Notes under the pieces: generated by a model | Told to the model about the DNA's origin: nothing | Databases searched by the model: none | Seen by the model: only the letters and a program-made list of their open reading frames with translations | Source of the DNA: Candidatus Hydrogenedentota bacterium | Lineage (GTDB): Bacteria > Hydrogenedentota > Hydrogenedentia > Hydrogenedentales > SLHB01 | DNA: 64,000 nucleotides | Reading direction: 5' to 3' | NCBI GenBank assembly: GCA_016209895.1 | Contig: JACQVH010000109.1 | Span: forward strand, 8,732 to 72,731 | Position numbers and translations under genes: made by a program | Shown here: positions 37,359 through 46,459 of the stretch, one piece after another | Layout: each line of letters starts with the position of its first letter | Numbering within the stretch: position 1 is the first letter of the stretch

Positions 37359-37826
37359 CTATCGTCCTCCCCTGCGCGATCCGCGATCTCCGACCGTGAT
37401 ATCGAGCGTGTGCATCCGGGTGCGGCGGCTGGGTAGCGGCCGTCGCGTGCGTATCTCGACCGGCCTTGATTCGGTTCGTTCAATTTCTTTCTGAACCAGG
37501 CGTATCCCGTGGTCTACGAAACCGTTCGGTTGCGGTGTCGTCCGCACGACCCGTCCATTGACCGGAGGCGCCATCGGCTCTGAGAAACCTTCATCCCGCA
37601 TCAATTGGATGCTGATCTCCGTTCCCGCGGGCACGGCGTCCAGCGCACGCACGCAAAGGCCGTAGGCGTTCATATCCATTACCACGCCTTGCAGCTTGAT
37701 ATCCGGCGCGTCCTGCGGCCACAGGACGCAAGGTCGGCACGTCTGCGTGCGTCGCTCCGCGCGCTTGCCGCGTCGCAACGACCTTCCTTCTAACGTGAAG
37801 AACATTTCATCAGGCATGGCACTCAA
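37359..37826 (-). CDS. PilZ-like domain protein (putative c-di-GMP binding)
   Basis: An RRxxR-like basic patch (RRGKRAERR) and a DMNAYG motif resemble the PilZ RxxxR / DxSxxG signatures. The gene lies immediately upstream of the receiver gene. Confidence 0.35.
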   Translation of the reverse strand: MSAMPDEMFFTLEGRSLRRGKRAERRTQTCRPCVLWPQDAPDIKLQGVVMDMNAYGLCVRALDAVPAGTEISIQLMRDEGFSEPMAPPVNGRVVRTTPQPNGFVDHGIRLVQKEIERTESRPVEIRTRRPLPSRRTRMHTLDITVGDRGSRRGGR

Positions 37827-37982
37827 CCCATTTCGCGAACCCGGACTTCATCGCGACTCCATTGCTTGCACTTCATAATCTACAGAACTGGGCACGAATT
37901 ATCCAATCCGCCTTGCAAAGGGGAGCCGGAGTGTTGCACGCTCCTACCCGTGATTGTGGAAAACGATTTACGGGCAACTCGA

Positions 37983-40900
37983 ATGGCAGGAAACTTACGG
38001 CGTCTATTGGGGCTGCTCTTGTTGGCAGCCTACCCGGTGTTTGCCGAAGGGGTCGAGCGCGCGCCGGAGACGACGACCCCAGTCTTAACGCGACCTATCG
38101 TGCATGATCCGTGGGGGAAGCCCTTGGTTCGCGGTCCGATCAGGACGCTGATCCTCGGACCCCGGCGCGCCGTGGGCGACTTGGTCACACTGGACCAGCA
38201 GTTGGACCTCGATTACAACAGCGTGTTGTTCGGGGATAGCGGCGACGTTGGCCAGGTACCGGTGAGTTCGGCGGACGTCTCTTCCGAGCGGATCTCGAAG
38301 CTCATCGAGCGCGAATACAACTTGATCATTGCCGGAGGATTCGATTCTTCGTTGCTGTCGGACGAAACTTGGAAACAGATCGAGGACAAAGTCGCTCAAG
38401 GCACCGGCTTGGTCTTGGTCCATTATCACGAGGGGCCTTCTCTCGCGCTTCGGAACTTCTTTAGTCAATTGTCGCAGCCGCAGGCCGTCCCGTTCATCAC
38501 TACGGGGATTGGAGAGCCCGTTATGCCGGAAGGCGAGATGGGTCTCGATTTCGTGAAGGCTTACACGTATCAGCAAGGCCGTGTCGTGTCGCTGGATTAT
38601 CCGGGCGAGCGGCCTCGGTCTCATTTCCTGTTGCCGGCCTTTGCAAAACCGCTCCTGGCCGATTCCGAATTGCTGCCGACGTATTTTTCGCTGGTGTGCC
38701 GGGCGGCGCGCTGGGCCGCGGACCGCGAACCGGAAATCCGTATCCAAAGTATCGAAGAGTCCGGAGCGCCGAAACCGGAGGAATTGGAGATTCCACCGGA
38801 ACTTCCGCCCGCCTACGTGCAGGTCATGCGCGACGCGGCGGTCCAATTGCCATTTCATACGTTTACGGTTCGGCTCTCGGCGGCGAGCGAGGAACGATAT
38901 CGCGTAAAAGCGCGGGTGCGCGAACTGGGCCGGGATCGCGAGATGACGTATTCGCCGATTGCACCGCTTTCCAAGGGAAGCGACTCCTACCCACTCACGG
39001 TCTGGGCCGGTCCAGGACGATATCTCCTGGACGTGTGGCTCTTGGATAAGGAGCGGGTCGTAGACTGGCATACGAGCGTTATCCAGATTCAGGGTTGGCC
39101 ACAATTTTCCGATCTTCAATTCAAGAAACGGCTGCTACTCGCCCACGATTCTCTGGAAATCTCGCTGAACGTGTCGCCGACATTGCATGAATCCCGGCCG
39201 TGTTCCATTTACGCGCGCGCCGTGGATAGCTGGGGCCGGTTGGTGGCCGAGACGATGCGAGAGGTTGCGTCCGAGGCCGGCGCGGTCGAGTTCACGCTTA
39301 ATCTTTCGGACCTGTTGGCGCCGCGCGTCAAGGTCGAAGTGTTCGCGGTGGACCACGTCAAATTCGGCCTTAATCCCACGAAGGGAAGTTACTCTGAAGC
39401 GGAACTGCAGTCGGCCTTCTGCGGCTATGCGTACTTTCCGGTGCGGATGCCGTTGAAAAGGGACGCGCCGAGTTTCTGCGTCTGCACCGAGTCCGGGGCG
39501 GAGTACAACGTGCGCGACGAACTCCGCGCCTTTCAGCGACTGGGCGTGGATACCGTTTGTACGCGCGGCAGTGACGCGGCGGGCTTTTTCGTCATCGAGA
39601 ATGGACTACGGGCGATACCCGTCCTGACCGAATATCGGCCGGAGCGCGTGGTGAATGGCAATGTGCGCGAGCCGTGTCTCAGCGCGCCTTCGTTTCGTGA
39701 AACGGAGATGAAGAAACTTCAGGGGGAAGCGTCAGCCCTGTGGGGTGCCGGCTCGACCCTGTACTCATTAGGAGACGCTAACACGCTGACCGACAGCGAA
39801 GAAAACGTGTGTCAGTCGCCTTCTTGTCTGGCGGGATTCCGGTCGTACCTGGAAAAGACCTACGGCTCGCTGGCGGCTCTGAATTCGAGTTGGCGCAGTT
39901 CGTATTCCACCTGGGATGCGGTGTTACCGTTGACGTTTGAAGCCGCGCGAGAGACCGGGAACTTTCCGCCGTGGGTGGATTTTCGGACGTACATGGACGG
40001 CGCTTTTACGGATGTCCATCTTTTCGCGTCGGAGGTCGTGCATTCGGTGGACGCGCCCGCGCAGGTCGGGTTCAGCTCCACGGCGCCTTCGTCTCCTTAC
40101 CGGGGATACGATTGGTGGCAACTCGCTTCGCAATTGGAACTGCTGGCGGTGCCGTGCGAAGAGGTAGCCGTCGAACAGCTTCGGTCTTTTTCGAGTCCCA
40201 CGAGTTTTACCGGAATTCGATGTGCAGCGCCATCCGGCGACGCGGCGCTGGAGCAAGCGCGTTGGATTCCGTGGTTCGCCGTGTTCCATGGCATGGACAG
40301 CGTGTGGTGCGAGGACGACGGGTATTTGCTTCAGGCTTCGTGGTCAGACGACTCATCAAACTACGACGTGCAGCCGGGTTTCGCGGAGTTGGCCCGCCAA
40401 TTGGAAGTGTTGAAGTCCGGTCCGGGGGAGTTGCTGCGACTCGCCGAGCGCAAGAAAGCGGACATCGCCATATATACGAGTCAACCGAGCTTCTACGTGA
40501 ATTGTCTGGACGCATCGTTCGGAGCCGGCTCCGAGGACGCGGAACGGGACTGGACGCGTATTCTGAAGCAACTCGGTTACGCCTTTGATTTTGTCGCGCC
40601 GGAAACCGTTCGCGCCGGGCGGCTGAAGGAGTACAAGGCGTTGGCGCTGCCGCTCACCCGCGCGTTGAGTAATGACGAGGTGGACGCGATTCGCGCATTT
40701 GCGCAGGCGGGCGGTCATCTAATAGCCGACGTGGCACCCGGTCAGTTCGATGAACACGGAGCGCCGCGGTCCGCGCCGGCCTTGGACGATCTTTTCGGAA
40801 TCGAACGAACCGGTGCCGTCACCGCCGGGACGCCCACCGAAGCACATATCACGGTCTCCTCGGAAGAAACCTCCAAGGAATTTGCGCTTTCCGGTGTCCT

Positions 40901-41666
40901 TGCCGATACCTCGGTGAAGGCCGCGGGCGCGAATCCCGCGGGAACAGCAAACGGGACTCCCATCTGGATTTCGTATCATGATCGTGACCGTTGCGCCTTG
41001 CTCGTCAATCATGCTTTGGCCAGTTCGGACATTGCCGAGAATGCGAATGAACCGATTTGCCAAGGCGTGGTGGGAGAGTTTCTCAAAACGTGCGGGATCG
41101 ATCCCATCGTGGATGTAGCCCGTGGCAAGGATTCCGTCTTGGAAGGAGAGCAATTCCGCTTTCAATTCGGCAAGGGCGAAATCATCGGCGTGGTGGTGGA
41201 CCCGGACGCCGAAGCCCGCACGCAGAAGTTGACCGTGCGTTTGCCGAAAGAGCAGTATACGTTCGACCTGTTGCAGGGAATGCCCGTGCACGGCTCGCGA
41301 GTGACGCTGCGGCTGGCGCGCGGCGAAGCCGCCCTCATCGGTACCTTGCCCTACCAGATCGAAAACCTGCTGTGCGTTGTCCCGAAGATTATCGAGGCCG
41401 GAAAGCGGCTGTCGATCCACGTAGCCATCCGCGCACGCGAGTCGCTACCCGGAGACCACGTCGTACACGTCAAGCTGCTCGGCCCCACCGGCCAATCGCT
41501 CCGCCACTACGAACACAACCTGCTTTGCAAGAACGGCGAAGGCGACACCTACCTCCCCCTCGCCCTCAACGAACGCCCCGGCTTCTACAAAGTCCGCGCG
41601 CGGGAGGTAATAACCGGCATGATGTCAGAGATGCCAGTGCGGGTCGTCGAGAAATCGGCCCAGTGA
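37983..41666 (+). CDS. Large secreted protein (1228 aa), function unknown; contains a region resembling the GH42 beta-galactosidase middle (ThuA / class I glutamine-amidotransferase-like) domain
   Basis: A signal peptide is present (MAGNLRRLLGLLLLAAYPVFA). The segment AIYTSQPSF...EYKALALPLTRALSNDEVDAIRAFAQAGGHLIADVAPG resembles Glyco_hydro_42M. The rest is unassigned. Confidence 0.45.
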   Translation: MAGNLRRLLGLLLLAAYPVFAEGVERAPETTTPVLTRPIVHDPWGKPLVRGPIRTLILGPRRAVGDLVTLDQQLDLDYNSVLFGDSGDVGQVPVSSADVSSERISKLIEREYNLIIAGGFDSSLLSDETWKQIEDKVAQGTGLVLVHYHEGPSLALRNFFSQLSQPQAVPFITTGIGEPVMPEGEMGLDFVKAYTYQQGRVVSLDYPGERPRSHFLLPAFAKPLLADSELLPTYFSLVCRAARWAADREPEIRIQSIEESGAPKPEELEIPPELPPAYVQVMRDAAVQLPFHTFTVRLSAASEERYRVKARVRELGRDREMTYSPIAPLSKGSDSYPLTVWAGPGRYLLDVWLLDKERVVDWHTSVIQIQGWPQFSDLQFKKRLLLAHDSLEISLNVSPTLHESRPCSIYARAVDSWGRLVAETMREVASEAGAVEFTLNLSDLLAPRVKVEVFAVDHVKFGLNPTKGSYSEAELQSAFCGYAYFPVRMPLKRDAPSFCVCTESGAEYNVRDELRAFQRLGVDTVCTRGSDAAGFFVIENGLRAIPVLTEYRPERVVNGNVREPCLSAPSFRETEMKKLQGEASALWGAGSTLYSLGDANTLTDSEENVCQSPSCLAGFRSYLEKTYGSLAALNSSWRSSYSTWDAVLPLTFEAARETGNFPPWVDFRTYMDGAFTDVHLFASEVVHSVDAPAQVGFSSTAPSSPYRGYDWWQLASQLELLAVPCEEVAVEQLRSFSSPTSFTGIRCAAPSGDAALEQARWIPWFAVFHGMDSVWCEDDGYLLQASWSDDSSNYDVQPGFAELARQLEVLKSGPGELLRLAERKKADIAIYTSQPSFYVNCLDASFGAGSEDAERDWTRILKQLGYAFDFVAPETVRAGRLKEYKALALPLTRALSNDEVDAIRAFAQAGGHLIADVAPGQFDEHGAPRSAPALDDLFGIERTGAVTAGTPTEAHITVSSEETSKEFALSGVLADTSVKAAGANPAGTANGTPIWISYHDRDRCALLVNHALASSDIAENANEPICQGVVGEFLKTCGIDPIVDVARGKDSVLEGEQFRFQFGKGEIIGVVVDPDAEARTQKLTVRLPKEQYTFDLLQGMPVHGSRVTLRLARGEAALIGTLPYQIENLLCVVPKIIEAGKRLSIHVAIRARESLPGDHVVHVKLLGPTGQSLRHYEHNLLCKNGEGDTYLPLALNERPGFYKVRAREVITGMMSEMPVRVVEKSAQ

Positions 41667-41954
41667 CTCGAGTGCCCACCAGGGCACAGCCTATACCCCA
41701 CTTCTCTATATGGGGTGTGGCGGCTGTGGTCCTCCGCGGCGGACTCTTACTCGGAGCGGAGCGCCCTCACTCAATCTTTTCCCAACTTCCGCAAAGTCAT
41801 TAGTCCTGGCGTGTCCAAGGCAATCCATCCGACCAACGATTTGCTCTTTTTAGAACTATATATTGTGTTATTTCATGGAATTACGCTTTAGGTATACAAA
41901 GTGTAGTGGTGTCAGCGCAATCAGCGTAACTCATTGCAGGACAAGGAGAAAGGG

Positions 41955-42020
41955 CTTGACATTTGCGCTGCTTGGTGGTAAATTGGTGGTTGTTACGTGG
42001 TATAAAGTGGGGCTACGTGG
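41955..42020 (+). promoter_or_regulatory. Candidate Pmra promoter (TTGACA-17-TAAATT) overlapping five GTGG direct repeats at a 10-11 bp period, consistent with an MraZ operator
   Basis: TTGACA at 41955-41960, TAAATT at 41978-41983. GTGG boxes at 41974, 41985, 41996, 42007 and 42017. These lie immediately upstream of the mraZ GTG start at 42039. Confidence 0.4.
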
Positions 42021-42038
42021 CGCGGAAGGAAGACTTGA

Positions 42039-42527
42039 GTGTATCTCGGCGAACATTCTACCAGTCTTGATGACAAAGGACGGATCACTGTCCCGCGCCG
42101 ATTCCGTGAAGCCATGGACGTCTACGGGCATCAGGTCTGGTACCTGACGCGGGGGTTTGACGGCTGCATTTTTCTGTTTCATCGCGACGAGTGGAACCGT
42201 ATCCGCGCCCATATCGGGCGGCGTGTTTCGATTGACGGGAAGGCGCTCGATTTCCGGCGATTGTTTTTTGGGAGCGTCGCGGAGGCGAAGCCGGACCCGC
42301 AGGGGCGACTGGGAGTGCCGTCGCACCTTCGCGAATACGCGGGGTTGGAAAAGGAAGCAGTGCTCCTGGGGATAGACGATCACCTGGAGCTGTGGAGCCG
42401 GGACGCGTGGCGCGCGTTCCAGGAGGGAAAACAAGCGGAGTACAAGGAGATGGCCTCGTTGCTGTTCGGGGGAGCCGAACCGCAACCGGCCGCAACGGAG
42501 AAAGGCGGGCTGGAGCATGACCATTAA
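42039..42527 (+). CDS. mraZ: Transcriptional regulator MraZ (GTG start)
   Basis: Two SpoVT/AbrB-like repeats: LDDKGRITVPRRFRE and DPQGRLGVPSHLREYAGL. Confidence 0.9.
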   Translation: MYLGEHSTSLDDKGRITVPRRFREAMDVYGHQVWYLTRGFDGCIFLFHRDEWNRIRAHIGRRVSIDGKALDFRRLFFGSVAEAKPDPQGRLGVPSHLREYAGLEKEAVLLGIDDHLELWSRDAWRAFQEGKQAEYKEMASLLFGGAEPQPAATEKGGLEHDH

Positions 42528-42861
42528 GCGGAAGGAAGTGGGAAACGTCACGGTGTTGCGGATGGAAGGGAATCTCGATGAAAGCGGCGTAGACACGTTG
42601 CGGGACGCGCTGCTGATCTGTCTGGACTCCGGGCGGTGTAACATCGTCATGAACCTTGGCGGCGTGGGCCAAATCAGTTTCATGGGCCTGGGTGTTATCG
42701 TGGAGCGTCTGCGCAAGATACGCGCGCGGGGCGGCGATATCAAGCTGGTGGGCGTGAATCTCCATGCGGAACGGCTGTTCCGCATGGCGGGCATCACCTC
42801 CCTGTTTGAGACGTACGCCAGCGAACCACTGGCGCTACGCGCCTATCAGGAGGCGGCGTAA
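42517..42861 (+). CDS. STAS-domain protein (anti-sigma-factor antagonist, SpoIIAA-like), inserted between mraZ and rsmH
   Basis: 114 aa. The sequence VTVLRMEGNLDESGVDTLRDAL...NIVMNLGGVGQISFMGLGVIVERL is typical of STAS. The phosphorylatable Ser context (QISFMG) is present. Confidence 0.7.
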   Translation: MTIKRKEVGNVTVLRMEGNLDESGVDTLRDALLICLDSGRCNIVMNLGGVGQISFMGLGVIVERLRKIRARGGDIKLVGVNLHAERLFRMAGITSLFETYASEPLALRAYQEAA

Positions 42862-42864
42862 CCG

Positions 42865-43788
42865 GTGCACGTGCCCGTTCTCGCGGGACCGGCCCTGGAA
42901 TGGCTGCGGATTCGCGAGGATGGAACGTACGTGGACTGTACCGCTGGGGCGGGCGGTCACATGGCGCTGATCGTCGAATGGTTGAAACGCGGGCGACTGA
43001 TTGCCCTCGACCGGGACCCGGCAGCCGTCGAACTCACTCGCCGCCGGGTCGCGGACTGGCCCCAGGCAACCGTACTACATCGCAATTATGCGGAATTGGC
43101 GGAAACACTGGCGGAACTTCGAATCAAGGCCGTGGATGGCGTTCTATTCGACGTAGGAATCTCGAGCATGCAACTGGATGACCCGCAGCGAGGATTCTCC
43201 TTCCAAGAAGAAGGTCCGTTGGATATGCGCATGGACCCGACGCGCGGGACTACGGCGGCGGAATGGCTGGCAGACGTGGACGAAGTGGAACTGTCACGCG
43301 TCCTGCGCGACTACGGCGACATTCGACCGGCGAGGCGGATTGCGCGGGCCTTGCTCGAACGGCGCGCTAGCGGAGAACTTAGCACCACGCGAGACGTGGT
43401 CGAAGTGGTGCGCGCGGCTTTGGGTATCCAGCGTGAGTTTCCAGAGGAAGTGCGAACGGTCTTCCAAGCAATACGTATGGCGGTAAACGACGAGCTAAAT
43501 AACCTGCGTGCCGGGCTCACACAGGCGGTGAACGCTTTAGCGCCGGAAGGACGCGTTGTGGCCATTTCTTTTCATTCTGGAGAAGATCGGGTCGTCAAGA
43601 ATACCTTCCGTGAATATGCGATCAGCCGGAAGGAGTTGCGGCCGGACGGCCGGATTCTGTACCGCTTTCCGCCGCAATTACGCATTCTCACGCGGAAGCC
43701 GATTGGTCCCAATGCGGACGAAGTTCGGGCTAATCCACGAGCCCACAGCGCGAAGCTGCGGGTGGCAGAACGCTTACCGGTGGCCTGA
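42865..43788 (+). CDS. rsmH: 16S rRNA (cytosine1402-N4)-methyltransferase RsmH (MraW)
   Basis: HVPVL...YVDCTAGAGGH SAM-binding N-terminus and a DLGVSS-like motif (FDVGISSMQLD). Confidence 0.9.
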   Translation: MHVPVLAGPALEWLRIREDGTYVDCTAGAGGHMALIVEWLKRGRLIALDRDPAAVELTRRRVADWPQATVLHRNYAELAETLAELRIKAVDGVLFDVGISSMQLDDPQRGFSFQEEGPLDMRMDPTRGTTAAEWLADVDEVELSRVLRDYGDIRPARRIARALLERRASGELSTTRDVVEVVRAALGIQREFPEEVRTVFQAIRMAVNDELNNLRAGLTQAVNALAPEGRVVAISFHSGEDRVVKNTFREYAISRKELRPDGRILYRFPPQLRILTRKPIGPNADEVRANPRAHSAKLRVAERLPVA

Positions 43789-43801
43789 GGAAAGGGAGAT
43801 C

Positions 43802-44176
43802 ATGACCCGGGCACGGCCACAACGAGTTCGCATCAGCGGCTGGGCGAAATGGCTCCCCGTGCTGCTGCTGCCGTTTTCGGTCCTTTTCCTGGAAACCTGG
43901 CTCACGACACAGTCGCTGGAAGCCGATTACGAGGTCGGCCGTCTCAACAAGCGGGTGCGGGAATTGCGCGAGGAATTGGACGCGCTGCGCGCAGAGATTG
44001 CCAAGTTAGAGGCGATGGATCGGGTGCACGCTAAGGCGCCCGACTTGGGTTTGGTGGAACCGGAACCGAATCAGATCGAAATTATCTACGCGCCGCCGGA
44101 CTCGACGGCGCCTTCCCGCGAGCCGCACTACACCGTGGCGCAGCTTCCGCTCACGAATGGAGGTGGCGACCCATGA
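43802..44176 (+). CDS. ftsL: Cell-division protein FtsL-like (small bitopic coiled-coil protein)
   Basis: 124 aa with one TM helix (WLPVLLLPFSVLFLETWL) and a coiled-coil segment (VRELREELDALRAEIAKLEA). Both the position between rsmH and ftsI and the AAGGGAG ribosome-binding site support the call. Confidence 0.55.
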   Translation: MTRARPQRVRISGWAKWLPVLLLPFSVLFLETWLTTQSLEADYEVGRLNKRVRELREELDALRAEIAKLEAMDRVHAKAPDLGLVEPEPNQIEIIYAPPDSTAPSREPHYTVAQLPLTNGGGDP

Positions 44177-44326
44177 GGCGTGGGGCACGTTCAAACATCC
44201 CCCTACACCCCTTTCAAAGGGGAACTTCTCGCGGGCCTTCGAGCACGAGGCTCGATTACGAGGCTCGATTACGACTCTGCCAAGGGCGGACAAGCCTCGA
44301 TTACGAAGTGATAGGTCGCATCAGCT

Positions 44327-46459
44327 ATGAGTCATTACAGTAAACCGCGAGGTTCCGGAGAAGTTCTGGCCGCCCGGCGGCGGCGACGTTCCCGCGTCGT
44401 GCTTTGGGCTTTCCTCGCAGCCTACGCGGGGATCGTGGGCCGCTTGCTGCAATTGCAGCTCGATCCCGATTTGAAGTTCACCAAGGAAGATCTGCGGCAC
44501 ATTAGCTGGATAAACATTGACGTGCCCCGCGGTGAAATTCTCGATCGAAATGAGCGCCTGCTCGCCACGGATCGTCGCGTGGTTTCGCTATGGGGCGACC
44601 CGCGACACATTTCCGATCCGTATCTTCTCGCCTTGCAACTGAGTGCGCGACTCGGGATGAACGAAGACGAGGTTCTCGCGCGGTTGGCCAAGCGAACCGA
44701 ACGGGGAGAACCGCTCAAGTTCGTTTGGATCAAGCGTCGGCTATCTGAAGACGAAGTACAGTTGCTGGGAGATGTACTGGCCCAATATCCGCGGGGTTTA
44801 CTATTGAGAGAAGAGCCCGGCCGATTCTATCCGGAAGGTCAACTGGCCGCGCACGTGCTCGGATTCGCGAGCCTGGACGGCATAGGCTCTGAGGGCCTCG
44901 AACTTACCTACGACCGTTACCTCCGGAGTATCCCCGGAAGGCGCGTGTCGCGCGTAGATGCGAAACGGAATTTTCTGGCGTCGCTCACCCTCGAATATGA
45001 ACCGCCGACCGGCGGCGACAATTTATATCTGACGTTGGACTCGGTGATGCAGCACTCGCTGGAGCGGGAGTTGGATGCCGTGCTGGCAAAGGTGCAGGCG
45101 GTGCGGGCCATGGGAATCCTACTGGATCCGCAGACCGGCGCAGTCATGGCGCTGGCGTGCCGACCGGCTTTTGATCCGAACGAATACTGGAAATACCCGC
45201 CGGAAGAGCGCAAGAACCGGGCATTAGTGGAGGTGTTCGAGCCGGGCTCCTCCTTTAAGATTGTGACGGCATCAGGAGCTCTCGAACACGACCTGCTTGT
45301 ACCCGAGACCATGATCAATTGCGAAGGCGTCGGCTTCAACCCGTACGGCCACTTGATTCGGAACTATCACCCTCTGGGCACGGAGCCGTTTGAGACCTGC
45401 TTTGCTGAATCCAGCAACGTGGCCATCGTGAAGGTGGCAGCCATGTTGGGTAAGGAACGTCTGGAGCTTTGGATTACCAAATTCGGTTTCGGTTCGACTA
45501 CCGGTATAGATCTTCCGGGCGAAGACCGCGGCATCTTCCGCCCGTTAAAGGATTGGTCGGGCTATTCCATGGGTTCATTGCCGATGGGCCAGGAAATTGC
45601 CGTAACGATGCCGCAACTGGCGCGGGCCTTCAGCGTGATTGCCAATGGTGGTTATCTGATCGAGCCTTACCTCGTGGAAAAAGCGGTGAGTCGAGACGGA
45701 ATGGTGACCTACCAACATGAGTTCGATGCGCCGCAGCGCATACTGTCTCCCGAGACGGCCGCGACTATGAAGGAGCTTTGCCATCTGGTGGTGACTCACG
45801 GCACGGGACGCTACGCCAACATCACCGAGTATCGCGTCGGGGGCAAGACCGGTACGGCGCAAATGGCGCGCATTGGCGGCGGCGGCTACGACCCCGGCCG
45901 GTACACGGTGATTTTCGCCGGTTTTGCGCCCTTGGACCGTCCTCGGATTTGCGCCGTGATCGTGGTCCAGGAGCCGCACTGCGACCGGCCTACGGGGGGC
46001 GTTGTCTGTGGGCCGGTCTTCAAGCGGATCGTACGCGAAGCCCTAATTCAGATGAATTGTCCGGAAGACCCCGTGAGTAAAGACTTGCCCGCCGGGCCGA
46101 TGGACACCGGGGACGCCGACCTCGTGATGGCGCGGACCGTCGGGGCTCTAGCGGAGAGCACGCCGGAGGAATTGTTGCAACCGCTCGATGGTCTCGATTT
46201 GACTTCCTACAGCGCGGATGCGCCTTTTGATGAGCCGTGTCTCCCGGACTTTACCGGCCGGACCAAGCGCCAAGCCCAGCGGGAAGTCACGACGCTCGGA
46301 TTAACCTGGGACCCGCAAGGAGCCGGCCGAGTGATATACCAATATCCCCCTCCCGGAACGCCGCTCGACGAAATTGTTGTGTGCCGGCTATGGTTTGCAC
46401 CGGCGCCGGATGGACCCGATCATGAAACTCTGCGAGCTGCCTTCTCTATTGGGATGTGA
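44327..46459 (+). CDS. ftsI: Peptidoglycan D,D-transpeptidase FtsI (class B PBP) with a C-terminal PASTA domain
   Basis: SSFK (SxxK), SSN and KTGT motifs are present. A C-terminal PASTA-like segment (FTGRTKRQAQREVTTLGLTWDPQGAGRVIYQYPPPGTPL) follows. Confidence 0.9.
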   Translation: MSHYSKPRGSGEVLAARRRRRSRVVLWAFLAAYAGIVGRLLQLQLDPDLKFTKEDLRHISWINIDVPRGEILDRNERLLATDRRVVSLWGDPRHISDPYLLALQLSARLGMNEDEVLARLAKRTERGEPLKFVWIKRRLSEDEVQLLGDVLAQYPRGLLLREEPGRFYPEGQLAAHVLGFASLDGIGSEGLELTYDRYLRSIPGRRVSRVDAKRNFLASLTLEYEPPTGGDNLYLTLDSVMQHSLERELDAVLAKVQAVRAMGILLDPQTGAVMALACRPAFDPNEYWKYPPEERKNRALVEVFEPGSSFKIVTASGALEHDLLVPETMINCEGVGFNPYGHLIRNYHPLGTEPFETCFAESSNVAIVKVAAMLGKERLELWITKFGFGSTTGIDLPGEDRGIFRPLKDWSGYSMGSLPMGQEIAVTMPQLARAFSVIANGGYLIEPYLVEKAVSRDGMVTYQHEFDAPQRILSPETAATMKELCHLVVTHGTGRYANITEYRVGGKTGTAQMARIGGGGYDPGRYTVIFAGFAPLDRPRICAVIVVQEPHCDRPTGGVVCGPVFKRIVREALIQMNCPEDPVSKDLPAGPMDTGDADLVMARTVGALAESTPEELLQPLDGLDLTSYSADAPFDEPCLPDFTGRTKRQAQREVTTLGLTWDPQGAGRVIYQYPPPGTPLDEIVVCRLWFAPAPDGPDHETLRAAFSIGM

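Noticed and set aside
38085-41420. Minus-strand ORFs (344 aa, 233 aa and others) inside the 37983..41666 gene
   Set aside because: They are antisense frames of a long GC-rich gene. The products are Arg/Pro-rich with no domains.
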